This document shows, in pieces, positions 36,403 to 50,384 of a DNA stretch of 64,000 bases. The stretch comes from Oopsacas minuta (Eukaryota; Animalia; Porifera): positions 1 through 64,000 of the forward strand of contig JAKMXF010000316.1 in NCBI GenBank assembly GCA_024704765.1, given 5' to 3'. A program made the position numbers and the translations under genes. Position 1 is the first letter of the stretch; each line of letters starts with the position of its first letter. The notes under the pieces are model-generated. The model was not told the origin of the DNA, did not search any database, and worked only from the letters and a program-made list of their open reading frames with translations.

Positions 36403-37892
36403 AGATAGCGTAAATGGCAAATATTTATTAAAAACTGTTAAACATTTGAAATCATGTAAAACATTAATTATTTATCTGTGTTCAAATTATTGCGATACCA
36501 AATGATGTGAAACCGTCTCCATTCAATATATATGAATTTTTCATGATAATATTTGCATGTTTCTGGATTATCGCACAGGCTATGGATGTTTGCTTTACCT
36601 ATATCCACGTATAACTCGAAATTAATTGCAATTATGGTCAATTCAGGATAGCCATTTTATTGTAAATACCCATCTTCCCTTTTCAAATATGGAGCAGTTT
36701 TGATCTAAATATTTGCCAATTAGGCTACAAAATGACTTCACTTCGCTTTTATGCATTCTTAGATATCAATAATACATTTATTCAGTGAAAATGTACCAGT
36801 TTCATAATATCGGCGATTATAGGATTTCCCATCAAAAAATATCAATTTTCTCTTATCTTTGGTCCATAGTAGTGATTAGGCTTTGTCCTAAGCAGGCTAT
36901 GCTCAGGGCTATTTCCTTTGTTCGTTTTTGAGTGGCGATGTACATCTCGCAGACTTTCAAGGGGCAGAAATTTTAACCGCGGTCTGCTAAAATGGCCGCA
37001 TAACTATTTTCTTTTAGCAGGAAACCCGCAGAAACTAATTCCCGAAGAATCTAGGGTCAATTTCTCCCAACTATTTCCTATTTGTAACTTGTGACAATTC
37101 AAAATATTAACCTGAGACTGAGTGTTTGTACGAGCAGATTAATTTATGCGACTAGGACTGGATTATTCCCCGGCAGGCCCAAAACTTCGTGATTTACCCC
37201 CCGGGCTAATTACGGGCTTTCGGACTAGGCTGGCCCGCGTGCAACTCTGACATATCTCAATTATCAGACTTCAAGTGTTTTCTACTCCTGGCTATGAGAA
37301 ATAATTTTGATATTCAATATTCATAGTTTTCTCTGTTACTTCATCTATTATTCACAAATACTATTGATAAGTATCCGAATAATTCTCCTTCATTTTCCCA
37401 GACATTAGACCCGAAATCTCTTATGATCATTCAGTTTGTATATCTTTTCAACGAATACGTGAAAAGAATTAGTATTACAGACGACAACCCTAAATTCGAA
37501 GTTTCAAAGCAAAACAATTTTTTCTAATTACTGAAAGTTCGAATCTTTATTGGTATTCGTATTATAGGGAGGAGGAAAATTCTATATTCTGACTCGCGAG
37601 ACCAGGGATCTTTTAAGCATATTATTCCTATTTTATAAATTTACTCAGAAAATATCTTGTTATCCGAGAAAATATTACAATCTTTATTACCTAATAGATA
37701 CCCTTGGTTAAATATGTATGAACCTTAAAAGATAAGTAGGCTGTAGGGTATGTGTGAGTTACAGTACTCGACAAATCCTGTTGTTTGTAACAGTGTCTTT
37801 CCATAAACCACCAAAATATTGAATAGTTTGGCTTAGTTATGAGGAGGTGGTGGCAAAGTTAGCCACCACGGAATTTCAATTTTGTTGAGCGC

Positions 37893-39280
37893 TGACGTAC
37901 AGTTGGACCTCCACAAGTTAGGCCTACTGAAGTGGGGAATGTCTAAAGAGCAGGGTAAAATTTGTTATAACTACATTAATCATAATGAAAATGAACATCT
38001 AAATGAGGTGACGCGTTTTGCGGGGCACCAAATCTTTAGGAAACAACCTCTCTGCTTAGGGATGTTCTACTGTGTACTATTCTTCACATGCCGTAACCAC
38101 ACTTAGTGCTAATTCTTTGTGAGGCAATTTGTGTCATATTTGGTATAAACATACTTCATACATACAGAAGTAGGTTTACACTGAATATGACACAAATTGC
38201 CTCACGAGATAATCTCTTGAACTACTGTGTGTGGCAATTGGGTAAAACGAAGAGGAAATTTTTTAGTTTTCCGTTCATTACTGACGTAACAACTACGACG
38301 GTAATCATCATTATTTGGCTTTGTTGGAAACGTTTTGCGGCTCAAACATAGTAAATAGAGGGTCGGCCGCTTCGGGTATGCCGGGATGTTTCAAAGTTAG
38401 AGAGATTAGCCTACTCAGTTAGTTGGAAATTACTTCCCAATAAATATCTGAAGAAACTCCTACTCAGCGCTAGTAATTTTAAAAAATTATGGCAGACTGA
38501 AAAATCGAAGAAACCACATTCGAAATTCATTCAAAATGCAATTCAATCAGAAAAAATGCTAGCAATTCTTTCATTTCTGATGTAAAATCCTAATTAGGTG
38601 CCAAAATTTGATGTATTAATTCCAATTAAATGCACATAATATTCTAACCTCAAAAACAGGTTATTGAAAATTCATTCTATTAATGAGCCAAGTTTCAGCG
38701 ACAAATATAAATAATTATTTCTAATAAAATTATACCACAATGAAAGTAAATTAGGCATATTTTCAGCTAAATTCAACAAAATTAGTCCCAATTAGCCCGT
38801 TTTATGGATAGAATTAGTCTTAGGAGAAAATCAATATATTTCTTTATTGACCGACTACTGGCGGAAAATCTTTGATTTTATAACTTCAAATAGGTGTTAA
38901 ATAACTAAATACGGCCGAAGTATTATGTTAGTAATGAAAAGGAAAACTAAAATTTTGCCACTCCGTTTTGACCAATTCTCTAACCCAGTAGCTCGAGACA
39001 TTATATCGTGAGGCAATTAGTGTCATATTCAGTATAAACATATTTCTCTATTTGGGGTATTAGCACTAAGTGTGGTTAGAGTAAGTTAAGAATAACGATA
39101 CAGTGGGGCACTCCTAAGTAGGGAGGTTGTGTCCTCAAAATTTGGTACCCCGCAACACGCTTCACCTCTTTTAGAGGTTCATTTGCGTTATGATTAGTGT
39201 TAAAAGAAATCTTAACTCTGCTGTTAGTACATTCCCCGCTTCAGTAGGCCCGCTTGTGGAGGTTCTACTGTACATCATCA
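37893..39280. repeat. Pair of ~220-bp inverted arms (37893-38112 / 39058-39280), each containing a ~190-bp Tigger-like MITE
   Basis: The reverse complement of the left arm aligns to the right arm (TTAGCACTAAGTGTGGTTA...CATTCCCC(A/G)CTTCAGTAGGCC...CTTGTGGAGGT). Confidence 0.8.
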
Positions 39281-39758
39281 TTAACATAATTTCTTCGGTT
39301 AATTAGGAACTCCGATTAATCGAGACAAAAGGTCTGGAACCGATGTGTCCCGATTAAGTGGAGTTGACTGTACATAATTGTTTATCTGGGATATTCTTTG
39401 TACAATTGTTTATCCGGGAGATATATTCCGATATTAATATCTATATCTTATGACACAAATAACCTATATGTGTATATATATGTTACAGTCAGTCTGCGTG
39501 ACAAGTCATTTCGCGGAATAGGTGAGCATCTTTTATTTTCGCGAATGGCTAAATTCTCCAGATGTTTCATGAAATGCCTCAATTTAAGGAGTTCTTGTTA
39601 CACAAATTGTATATAAGGTAATTAATCATAATGCGTAATTGTTTGAGTCCTAAAATATGAACTATTTTTATAGAAAAACCCCAAGTAAAGTATTATAATA
39701 TCACACGGTTAAGTATAATACTTTGAAAGAGCTATATGCAGTATTTGAAACACCTATA

Positions 39759-39943
39759 CAGTGAAGTCTCACAAAACGGACACTCCGTAAAGAGTACAAC
39801 CCTATGCAACGCACAAACCTAGTGACACGGATCGAATTTGCCAAGCACATAATTAATACTTAAGCAGTCTCCGAAGAGCGGACAATTTTTCTACAAGAAC
39901 AGAAGCCATGTTCCAACGTATCTGTTATTCAGAGACTCCACTG
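39759..39943. mobile_element. Short Tigger-like MITE
   Basis: TA|CAGTGAAGTCTC ... GAGACTCCACTG termini. Confidence 0.65.
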
Positions 39944-40399
39944 TTTCATTAAAAACAACATTTAAATTGTACGTTTTATTGAGACTGCGAGGAAATTTCT
40001 AGAAGATTTGAAACTTAGAAAGAGGTTTAATTGATCATTTGCTTTAAACTTTCATAATTTCATTCAAAACTGTGAGCTATCATGATTTGTTGATTATATA
40101 AGATCCATTGAGTTATTAATTGAATGGATTGGCAATTGATATCAAATCTGGATCGATAGATTGCATTGGCACCTTTGATTGTGATCATCTAAATATGTCC
40201 TCCAATTTCTTCACTAATCCGCTAAATAATATCCGTCAATCTCTTCATTCATAAACACTCATTTAATAGTCAATAATGAGGCTTCGTAGTTCAGATAGTG
40301 TTTTGTCCGATTATATAATGCAAAGTCGAAAAGGGTTAAAATATATTTCATATTTGAATCAACTCATCCTTAACAGCATGGATTATTCCTATGAAGAAA

Positions 40400-41390
40400 T
40401 TTTAAAGGGAGCTTTACAAGAATTATGGGACTTGTAAAGAAATGTTGATGCCCAAAGATGAATATTTTTCTACTATTGAAGATCTTAAATCAGCAGCTGT
40501 AAACCCTGCTACCAAAAACCGTCATGGTTATTTTCTTCTCCAAAAGTATGTCTAAAATCAGTTCTTATAATTTTGAAAACATAGTTATACTTTTTCAAAA
40601 TACTAACTAAACAATATCTATTATTAATAGGCTATCATACAACAAATTCTACAAAAGTATGTATCTGACATGAAATGAAAATTGTTCTAGTACTTATAAC
40701 GATATATAGCTCGTATTTTTTTGGTACGAGATACTCCAGTGTGATGATCTAGAGAAACGGATTAAGAAGGACCAAATCTTGAAGAAAGCCCTATGTACTA
40801 TGTAAGCATACAGGATACCCACGATGTGGTTAGGCGAGCACACTTATCTACTCGTCATGGGGGACGTGATCGTATGTTGATGGAACTCGGAAATTTATGT
40901 GCTATTGTCACTCGAGATGCCCTGAAATTGTTTACATCCTATTTCCAGGAGTTCCAAAAGAAGCGTAAACGTCCTATGACCAAAGGTGCTGTTCTACGCC
41001 CTATTCTTACAAATGAGCTTTCTACCCGTCGCCAAATCGACTTGATTGACGTGCTGTCTATAGTACAGAACTCGTTGAAATAGATTCTGGTGTATCAGGA
41101 CCACTTGACCAAGATTGTGGTCTTATGTCCTTGATCCTCGAAACTTGCAACTGAAGTAATACCTCATCTACTGGATATATTCCTTCTCATCATTACCCCC
41201 GCTATTCTGCAGAGTGACAATGGCTGTGAGTTCACAGCACAGGTGATCCAAGAACTCCACGCTCTACATGGTTCATGGTAAGTCACGCTACTCACAGAGC
41301 CAAGATTTAGTGGAACGTGCCAAAGGTGACATCAAAGACATGCTTATTGCCTGGATGGGGGACAATTCTATAGCTGACAGTCAACAGGCA
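40400..41390 (+). mobile_element. Ginger2/KRBA2-SCAND3-type integrase-like DNA transposon remnant
   Basis: AHLSTRHGGRDRM, FQKKRKRP, RRQIDLID, ILVYQDHLTK and PAILQSDNGCEF are characteristic of KRBA2-like rve integrases. Confidence 0.85.
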
Positions 41391-42099
41391 TCGTGATGAC
41401 GTGATAATATCAAAAATACTAGAATTTTACATACCTAACGCATAAAGGGCACAGAATACCAACCAAAAGCTACATAGTATCTCCATTCTTACCGCAGAAA
41501 CCTATTCAATGTAATTTGGATGGACAAAAGTTTTTTGTGAATTCGAGGCACTATTTTGAGACACATAGTATCTCTTATAGTCTGTGCCGTAGCGACCAAT
41601 ACCACTACAAATCTTTGCTATTTAATTAATATTTAAGCTAACCCAAACCACTAAGTATCGTGCAGCAACATAACAAGTGATGCGGGCCAGTTATAATAAT
41701 ATTTCAAACTTTAGTCAATGAGTGATATTTGATAAGCAACATATTGGTTATGTAACTCAGGGCCTCAATATCATACAGAAATACACAAAAACATGTTCAG
41801 ACCAAACAAAACTGGATATATACTTAATACAATTTTATCAAGAATCCTACAATTAATATATTTATCTAGTAGAGTAATATATTTATGTTATTCAGTTCAT
41901 CAATCTTTTCAGGAAATATCACTGATGCTAAAGTGGTCACTAAGATTAATAATTGCAGTAAATAAGAAGCATATGAAAAATGATAATCGAAAAAGAAATG
42001 TAATTGGTGTGAACTAGAGCTAATAAGTGAGTAATTCTTTATAAGACCACCTAAGTCTTAAAGATGTAGCAAAATTCTTTATCTCCTCTTTCAGCTCAT

Positions 42100-42630
42100 T
42101 GTAGTATAATGCAACCATTTAAATATTATTCTTCCTGGTTGTTTCCAATTTACATTTTAGGATGATAATAAGTCTATTGCCGCCTTGCCTTGTTATTCTT
42201 CTCTTACTTCTGGAAATAGTTACATAATTTTTGAGGCAGGATATTATTGAGAGCTTTGTAAATAAAACTACATTCCAAGAATTTATTCCTCTCGGGAAAC
42301 TGACATGAAGTGGGAGATATTACTTGATGCGATTTAAAAGTATGAGATTCATACCAATATTTTCACCTAATTTACTTATTTGGGCTTTGCATATAAGATG
42401 ATTATCCATAATATCTCCCAGAAGATTATGATTCTCAACAATTTTTATTGATTTTCCATTTAAGACAAGCTTCAGGTATTTTCTCAGCAAAATGGCAGAT
42501 ATTTCATAGGTCGTAATCATCATATTGCAAGTTATTTCAAGATTCAAAACCATTTTATTGTCATTGCCACGTTCCAATATTCGATACAGATTAATGAATA
42601 TTTGATGCTCTAGATAAATCGTTCTCAAAC
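42100..42630 (-). mobile_element. Decayed non-LTR (LINE, CR1/L2-group) reverse transcriptase C-terminal fragment
   Basis: LNGKSIKIVENHNLLGDIMDNHLICKAQISKL...LLNRIK resembles the post-YADD KLLGVIID-L-WK-HI motif region. Confidence 0.6.
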
Positions 42631-43099
42631 TATTATATCACACCGTCCTCCAAGCAATTATTTAACCTCCTCATCACCCCCTCTTCGCTAAGACGAATGA
42701 AAGTCTAATATTTTGTCAGTAATATATAAGTTTTAATATGCTAATGATGTCACATTAAATTGTGAATTTTGGGCTAGTGATGTTGTTTTCGTCTGAAGTA
42801 TTTATATGAGGTTAGTGTATCGTAGAAACAGTGCATTTTTGCCCGAATAAATTATTACCCATTTGTTAAACAACATATTATCAACCATTAAATGTTAAAA
42901 TTTCAGAAATGGCCCAAATTTTTATCTAGTAAGCATTGTTTGGTAAACCACGCCATTGTTTGATAGTTTGTAATGGCCAAATATATCTACATTTTGCATC
43001 TCAACATTTCTGAATTAACGTGTAATGTATGAAATGTAGATCATTTCATACATTAACTCAGAAATGAAAGAACAATAATGAACATGATACTCGCCATTA

Positions 43100-44447
43100 C
43101 AGCATGTCCCGAAAGTCTTTGCCTACCAGAAAATTATTCATAGCAGCCATACGAAATGGAATATAGGTTTCATTATTTTCCAATATTACCGCCATTCAAA
43201 TCCACGCACTTTCTCATCCTAGCTGGCATTCCACCCATCAACCTCTTGAGTGGGTCAGGGCTGATGTCAGCCTACACATTTTTGAGTTGATTTTTCAGCA
43301 GGTCTAAATTTGAAGCAGCTGGTAGCTCAGAAAGTTCATTTTTCACATACGCCCACAAGTTCTCAATTGGAGATAAATCAGGAGAGTTGCCTGGTCACAC
43401 TTCTTTCGCCCAGTAGTTTGGAAGATTCAGTTGGCACCACTGCTGACTTAATTTTGAAGTATGAGCGGGAGCTCCATCCTGTTGAAAAACAGAATTGGAC
43501 ATGTTTTGGCAAAGTCTTCGCTGTAGAATTGTACCAGTATATCTTTTGCGAGTAAACGAATCTTGACAAGGTCCAGTTAGTATCTCATCAACATAGTACT
43601 TGGCATTTACAGTGCATTTGGGTGGCAGAATGTGTAATTATGATACAGCACGAGCCGACATAGCCCCCAAACCATAAGATGAGAAGGAAACTTAATAGTG
43701 AGGACTGGCGGGACATCTTTGGCATCAGAACTCCAGACGCGATCGGTTTGTGGGTTGGAAGGCTGAAATAGATAAAACAGCTTCATCGGAGAAAATAACA
43801 TTGCTCCATTGTTCAGCCGACCAAAATAGCCTTTGTTTACAGAAATTTAGGCGATGATCTTTCTGTTTTTCGGTCAATTTTGGCTGATGTGGCCGTTTGT
43901 AGCTCTTAAGACCAAGATTTTCTCTCAAATAGCGATGCACCGCTGATTTGGAAGTCAGGTGTCCACGAACGGTTGGTCTCTTTGCCAATTTTCGTGTAGG
44001 TGCTTCTTACCAACAGATTTGGAAATAACTATTTTCTCTGTCCTTGTGAGCGATAAAGGCCTTCCTGACCTCGGTTTATCGCTGAGACTCTGGTCCAATT
44101 TATTTCGTTTCCACCAATTGCTGATGGTCCGTGTGGTCTTTCCAAGGGCTTGGGACACCTGTTTCTGCGTAACTCCGGCCTCTAACATTCCAATAGCCTT
44201 TGCACGAAATAAATTCTGAGAGGAATGTAACGATTCGGACATTATTTTGAGAATGAATATTCGAGATCAAATAAATGCTGCTAAAGAAGTCTCTGAAGTT
44301 GATAAGCCTATATCACTTGATCTAATGTGTTCACAATTGTTTGAATATTCAATAAATTGAGTTCAGAATATTCGAATTCAATTAATCAAGTTTTGGTTGT
44401 CTATTATATCTAAAATTACTATAGGAAAAGACTTTCGGGACATACTG
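43100..44447 (-). mobile_element. Tc1-like DD37E element, full length with both TIRs, disrupted
   Basis: TA|CAGCATGTCCCGAAAGTCTTT ... AAAGACTTTCGGGACATACTG|TA. PRSGRP, VIFSDEA, and QQDGAPAHTSK...(W)PGNSPDLSPIENLW with 37 residues between D and E. Confidence 0.92.
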
Positions 44448-45479
44448 TACTAGCTATCAAACAGTTGCATATTTTGCCAAATACATGGTCATTAGACAAT
44501 TCCATATAATTGTTGATAATTTCTTGTTATATAGATTAGCAAAATGTATTTTTTGGGGTAAAATGCAACGAGTATGAAGTTAGCTGAATATTCTACCAGC
44601 AGTACTTCAACCATTAATTTGGCTAACTTACCATGGTCAGAATGTAAATATTATTGGACCATTCGAAAGAAGAGATACGGATATTTCTGAAAATATATTT
44701 ATAATAGAAAAAATTTATTTTTTCGAATGGAAATTGGTGCATCTAACTAGCAGTAGTTCATATATGAATTTAGTATACTTAAAATACTTTTCCTGAAATC
44801 ATGTGCATGGATTCCTGCTGTATGGACGTTTATATGTTTAAAATATGATGTTAAAATAGTTAAAACCTTTTGAGATATTTAAGTTTCAAAACTGACTTGC
44901 TTGAGTCGAGTCTCTATTAGATTTGTACTAAGCACACAAAATTAGTGAAACATTCTAATCCATTCTAATCCATTCTAACTATAGTAACGCATATAGATTA
45001 CTGCAATATCAACTGTTTGATCTTAGTTGACTCATTATGAATTACTCAATGAATAATAGAATATACAAAGTAATTTCAATTACATCATAACATTAGTTTT
45101 CACATATCCCAAAATACATCAACAAATAATTAATGTGTGAAATGTTGTATTTAGGGAATGTATTGCATATAGTTGTAAAATTCGAAAATTTCTGGAATTA
45201 GAGTTTCGCAGTTATCATTCCTTTTCATACCTATATATGTGGTATATTGCTAAAAATTCAAAATCAGCTCGACGTTAGACTCGCAATAGGTACTACGATA
45301 GAAGAGGAAAATGATATGAGAATCTATTGACCCAGTTGGCTTATCAATAGCATTCTATATCCTAATGCCTTGAGCCCATTGAAATTTTGGACCAGGGTCA
45401 GCGATGTAGTGGAATCAATGTAAATAGGGAATCTATATATATTCCTATAATATGATTTCCTACAATATATCGAAATTTT

Positions 45480-46600
45480 GGTATGATAAAGTTCTCGCAT
45501 TCCAGATATAAAGTAGTAACCACGGATTACCAATTTTTGCGAATATTCACCATTAACTTCATAACACTCGACCTTATGCCCAAATCATCGTCTACAATCT
45601 ACATATATTACACCCAACTTCCGACACCTGTCGGCGTTCGATGCTTTCTTAGGACATTATACCTCCGCTCTGGAGTTTTTGGAGATCCTGAAAAAAGATG
45701 CGACCGAATCAGCAGACAACAGAGCAGTGGATATAATTCCTGCAGAATCTCCAAACCTTCCGGAAGTATTTTCGTCTCCGAGTGATTCAAAAACTTTTCT
45801 GATTGTGCACCAATCCACAAAATTTGTCAAGAAAGTAAGTGCTCTCATTGAGTGTTACTTAAGACAAGACCTGAAATAATAGAGCTACTTCGGTACACGC
45901 TTGAGGATGAGAACATGACATTTAATGACCCAACTATACTGGCCAACTCCTATGACGGTGAAGTCAATCTGGAATCTGGAGAACTTACAATTCGAGAGAA
46001 ACATGTGGTCCGAAAGATGCCGCCAGGAAGATTTTCAAGAATACTTAATATCTTGAGAAATATAATCCTCGATAAGGACACACTTAAGTTAATGATTCCT
46101 AATATGCATATATTATGCATAAGTTCTGTGTGCCTGCCAGTGAGCACTTGCGAAGCGAAGCGTTCGTTTAGTATGTTACGTAGAATTCACACATACTTGG
46201 GGACGAATAAAAAAACAACACAGCTTAATTATTGTGCAGTATTGTTAGCTCATACGTTACTTTGAACTTAGTTCTATCATGGATGAGTTTGAGGACAAGA
46301 GTAGAGAAAAAGATTTTAGGACCCATTACCACAACCCAATTATAATTCCTGTAGTTTATCCTTCTATTTGTATTTGTTTGTTCTTACCGTGTTATACTGC
46401 ACTCATCTAATTAATTAAGACGGACAAACTAAATCAACCTTATAAATAATCTGAACTTATCACCAGAGGCAATGGTGAGGGCTCGCCGACACCCAGATTT
46501 TGATGATTTTTAGGAGAAATTTCCGCCTATGTACGTAATAAGTAGCTCCAAGTTTTGGGTCCCCAGCTTTAGCTATGTTTAGCATGGCGAACCCAACAGG
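45480..46600 (+). mobile_element. 3' fragment of a hAT (ZMYM1/P52rIPK-like) transposase
   Basis: ORF 45852..46265 has LPVSTCEAKRSFSMLRRIHTYL...LNYCAVL (hAT dimerisation domain). End coordinates are approximate. Confidence 0.8.
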
Positions 46601-49600
46601 CCTGAATTTGTAAAAAAACTTGTGAACACAAAGGCACAAGTAACAACAGAGCCGTTTTGGGGGCAATGCAGGCTAGGCTTATGTCTAGAGCTATACGGTC
46701 CTGAGGCCCACATTTTCCAGTGCCATAAATATGTTATCTTAAATATAGTGTATAAAACCAATAGAAGCGAGTGTCAGTGTTAATTAATAGTACCCTAACC
46801 GAATACTAATATCATGCAGTTGCCTAACAGAATATGATACTCGTGTAGATCAACCGAATATTAATAATATTTGGTTTGGAACTACCAAATACTGATATTC
46901 GGTTGCTTGCTCAAAGGTCACAAGATGTATTCTATCTGGCTTACTATCACCCAGGCTTTTCCTTTGATTCTGACAGGTGGCAAGTTTTATGAAAATTGAT
47001 CAACTTCTTCTAAAGTATTTTCTTTTTCTTACAGTTGAAAAGTTTTATTAACTCGAATTACTATCACTATACTGATGTCCCTGGCTTCTAACAGATCACA
47101 GGTTATTCAATCCTACTTCCAATCTCCATATTTATATCCCTTGTTTCTGATAGGTGAACTCTGTTTTCCAACCAACTTTCCAGCGATATATGAGGAATTA
47201 ATCTTAGCGAAACCAAGTTCAACAATATACTTTGTTATTTTCCTCATTCCATTTCTCCCGAAAGCTCCTTCAAGGTATTCACTTCTTAAGCAACTCAAGG
47301 TGAATTTCTTTCTCTTCATCCAACGTTGTGGAAAGCTTTGCAATAATTATATAACGTTTGTTCAACTCCAACTAGTATGTACGAATCAGGAAGATTAAAC
47401 ATTTGCACATAATCTGTAATCCATAAATTAATGGCTTCTGGGTTTTCAACACAATCACAATCAATTGTATGATTTTTAGAATCACAATCATACTATATAT
47501 ATATAAAGCTTTTGATACATTTCAAATTGGTGAGCAGATGATCTTGGACGTCACTCGATATTTTCTAGTACACTTCTACTATGTTAGTTACAACATATAT
47601 ATGGACGCCGACCAAGGATAATTCCAAAACAATAGGCAGCAGCTTTGAGATATACTATAAATGATACGTTGTAATCATGAATCAAAAGTTCAATCTGTCT
47701 GTCTTGAAACATGTTTGAAAAGTTATTTTCTGGAGCACTAGTAACCACAGGTATACTACATCATTCACAGAATGGTTATCTTGTAAAGTACTTGATACAA
47801 TTGAAGGAAATAACATTAGTAAATTATCAAACAAATGCAGAGATGATGTTGATTCGAGTATTTGATTAGCCTGATCTACTGTAGGTAACCCTATACATAA
47901 TGTTGTTTCATTTTCAAATAACACCGAACCTCCTAAACAGTCGTTAAATTGGATTTTTCAGACTTGATCGTATAAACTGTTCCGGTCTAATGTCAAAAAT
48001 ACCGTTAAGGCGGTGACAGAGGTTATTTGAGATGTCGGTGTTTCATTTCCACCAATTAATAGTTATTACAAAGAACGACATCGATTTTGTGATGGGACTT
48101 TCGAATGTCAGCAGTTAGAGCTGGATTTTCGTAAAGGAGATATTGGCCAGAATGAATTAAAACTAGGGTAGTAAGGTGTTGCGATATTGATCCGCTCATT
48201 CAAAAGTTTAATGGCATTAGTGGAAATGATTTAGAGGACGATCAATTAATTCACACTTGAGTTAGATAATAGCTGTGGTTTCACCAAGTTGCTCCCGTCT
48301 TTCGGAATGTCCTAAGTTGCATGATGCGTTGCTTAATGTAGTTTACGAACAAATATGATTAATTCCAGGACTTATATGGCTCATACATTTATTACATAGT
48401 TTCAGAATTTTTTGGGTGAGTTAATGCGTGGTTGTTTGTGAATAATAGAGATATGTAACCTGATTCCAACGGCCGAATCTTGAACATTCAGTACAGATTG
48501 GGCAGAAGTTCAGTTCGTTACCTGTGTTTCCAATGGTAGGCCATCGAAAACAATTGGTCGGTGTCGTGAGTTACCTCATGACGTCATCTTAGATAGGTAG
48601 AGATTACAACAATTACACACGACATATCGGCGGTCTTTAGCAGAAATGTCAAATTTTTCAAGAAATCGAGTGTAATATCTCTCAACTTATTGTCACTTTG
48701 ATTGTTGTTACGTAGAATTATTTTGTTAACTTTGGAGCACACAATCTACAAATGTTATTCGTATAAAGTCCATATTTATTCATCATGAACAATATGTTGA
48801 CACTTTAGTCATAATATCGATTTATCAATAATCACCTATATAAATATCTCACAGTCAATGAATCTTTAATTCATGTTAATATCTATGTAGGATAGGAATG
48901 AATGAATGTCATAAGTTCATTGTCTAACGCTAGATAAATTCCTTCAATCAAATTATGTAGTTAACCTGCTATATTACATAATTGTTGAGATATAAATTCC
49001 ATGTACTAAAATGCCAAAGAATAGAGATATTCAATGTCAAAAATAAGTCAACACATGAAGACTTAGCTATAAAGATAATTAGTTTGTCGTAGTAATATTT
49101 GTAATTGCAGATTCTGATTTTACGGTAAAATTTGATTTGGAAAAGAAAATCTCACAGGCCGAATTGTTGAATCTATCATGTACTTTCAGCTACCTGTCGT
49201 TTCTTTTAGCAATTTATTCATCAACATAATACAGAATAAGTGTCTTCATCAAAATTTCTACGAAAGATTTCAGCATTCGCAAGGATTTCATTGTGAATAT
49301 ATTAAGTGCGATTTATTCGCTTCTTGAGGCTCCTGAAAACTTCCATAGTAGTAAGAGAGACTATAGTGTCATTTGAAAACATTATGTAATCATTTTCTAT
49401 ACAGCATAAAATAATGGTTATCGCACTTTGGCCGAGTCATGTAACTTGTGATTTTTGATATGCTGCTGTTTGGGTTTTCTCGCGTCGCAGGTAAATAATT
49501 GCTACGTGTATAGCATAACTAAAATTCCCTATCTCAAAGTTTTGAAAATGTGAGAATACAAATATCGTATTTAACTAAAACAAATAATTAACATTTACGG

Positions 49601-49928
49601 CATTAAGAATTCATTCATTTCATTGCCTCGCAAAGTTGGTGAATGTGCCAGACAGCCTAACTACATATTCAGCGTGAGTACTGATAGGCTAGCTATAACC
49701 CAGGCGCTCCCCAGCCTGCACGTCTTCAAGCTCATTAAGGAGTGCCTGCACGTTCACATATGCCTGCCCTTTCATTTTGACCTTCATTTGCTTCATGCTC
49801 CTGGTGTGCCTTAGGATAGTCTTACATAGGAAATGGCCCTGTATCCCATACCTTTTCTAGCGTTTCGTGGTTAGTTAATCAACTGATGCTATCAATACAG
49901 TTCTTTTTATCAAAGGGAATATTCTTGA

Positions 49929-50384
49929 TTGTATTCAGAATTGTCGGAAGAAACATTTACAGATAGACTTTTCATGACAATGATTTACTGTGACTATATG
50001 GGTACACTTTACAAATGGATACATGTAATAATTGCGTATTCTATAATCGCTGTAGTTACTGAATCAACCTACAATTCCCAAGGTGTGGCGTTCCAATTAG
50101 GGAGTCCAAAATTATACATCGCTGAATTCATTATTTGCTCAAGTAAGAGTATTCTTATATTTTATGACTTATTGAAAATACCTGCCTACTGTAACTATTC
50201 ACCAGAGAACGAACGAGTCTACAATCCAACCCACTCGACATTCACAGACTATAGTTCAAGTGGCACATATGCTTTATCCCTAGGTCCACTGTTTTTGTTT
50301 TCAGATTCCCTCGAATATGACGAAATCGTTGATTTATCTGATAGGTCAGGACACTCCTCCAAACCTAATGTTTCAACTTCATAA
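49929..50384 (+). other. Unassigned 151-aa ORF, possible exon or relic
   Basis: Open frame in non-repeat sequence with a hydrophobic stretch and a Ser/Tyr-rich tail. No family recognised; non-ATG start. Confidence 0.25.

Noticed and set aside
46790-46900. AACCGAATA repeats resembling hAT subterminal repeats
   Set aside because: No paired TIR or TSD could be defined.
47075-48300. Possible minus-strand coding relic (ORFs 47113..47343, 47682..47924)
   Set aside because: Short, stop-interrupted and without recognisable motifs; cannot be supported.
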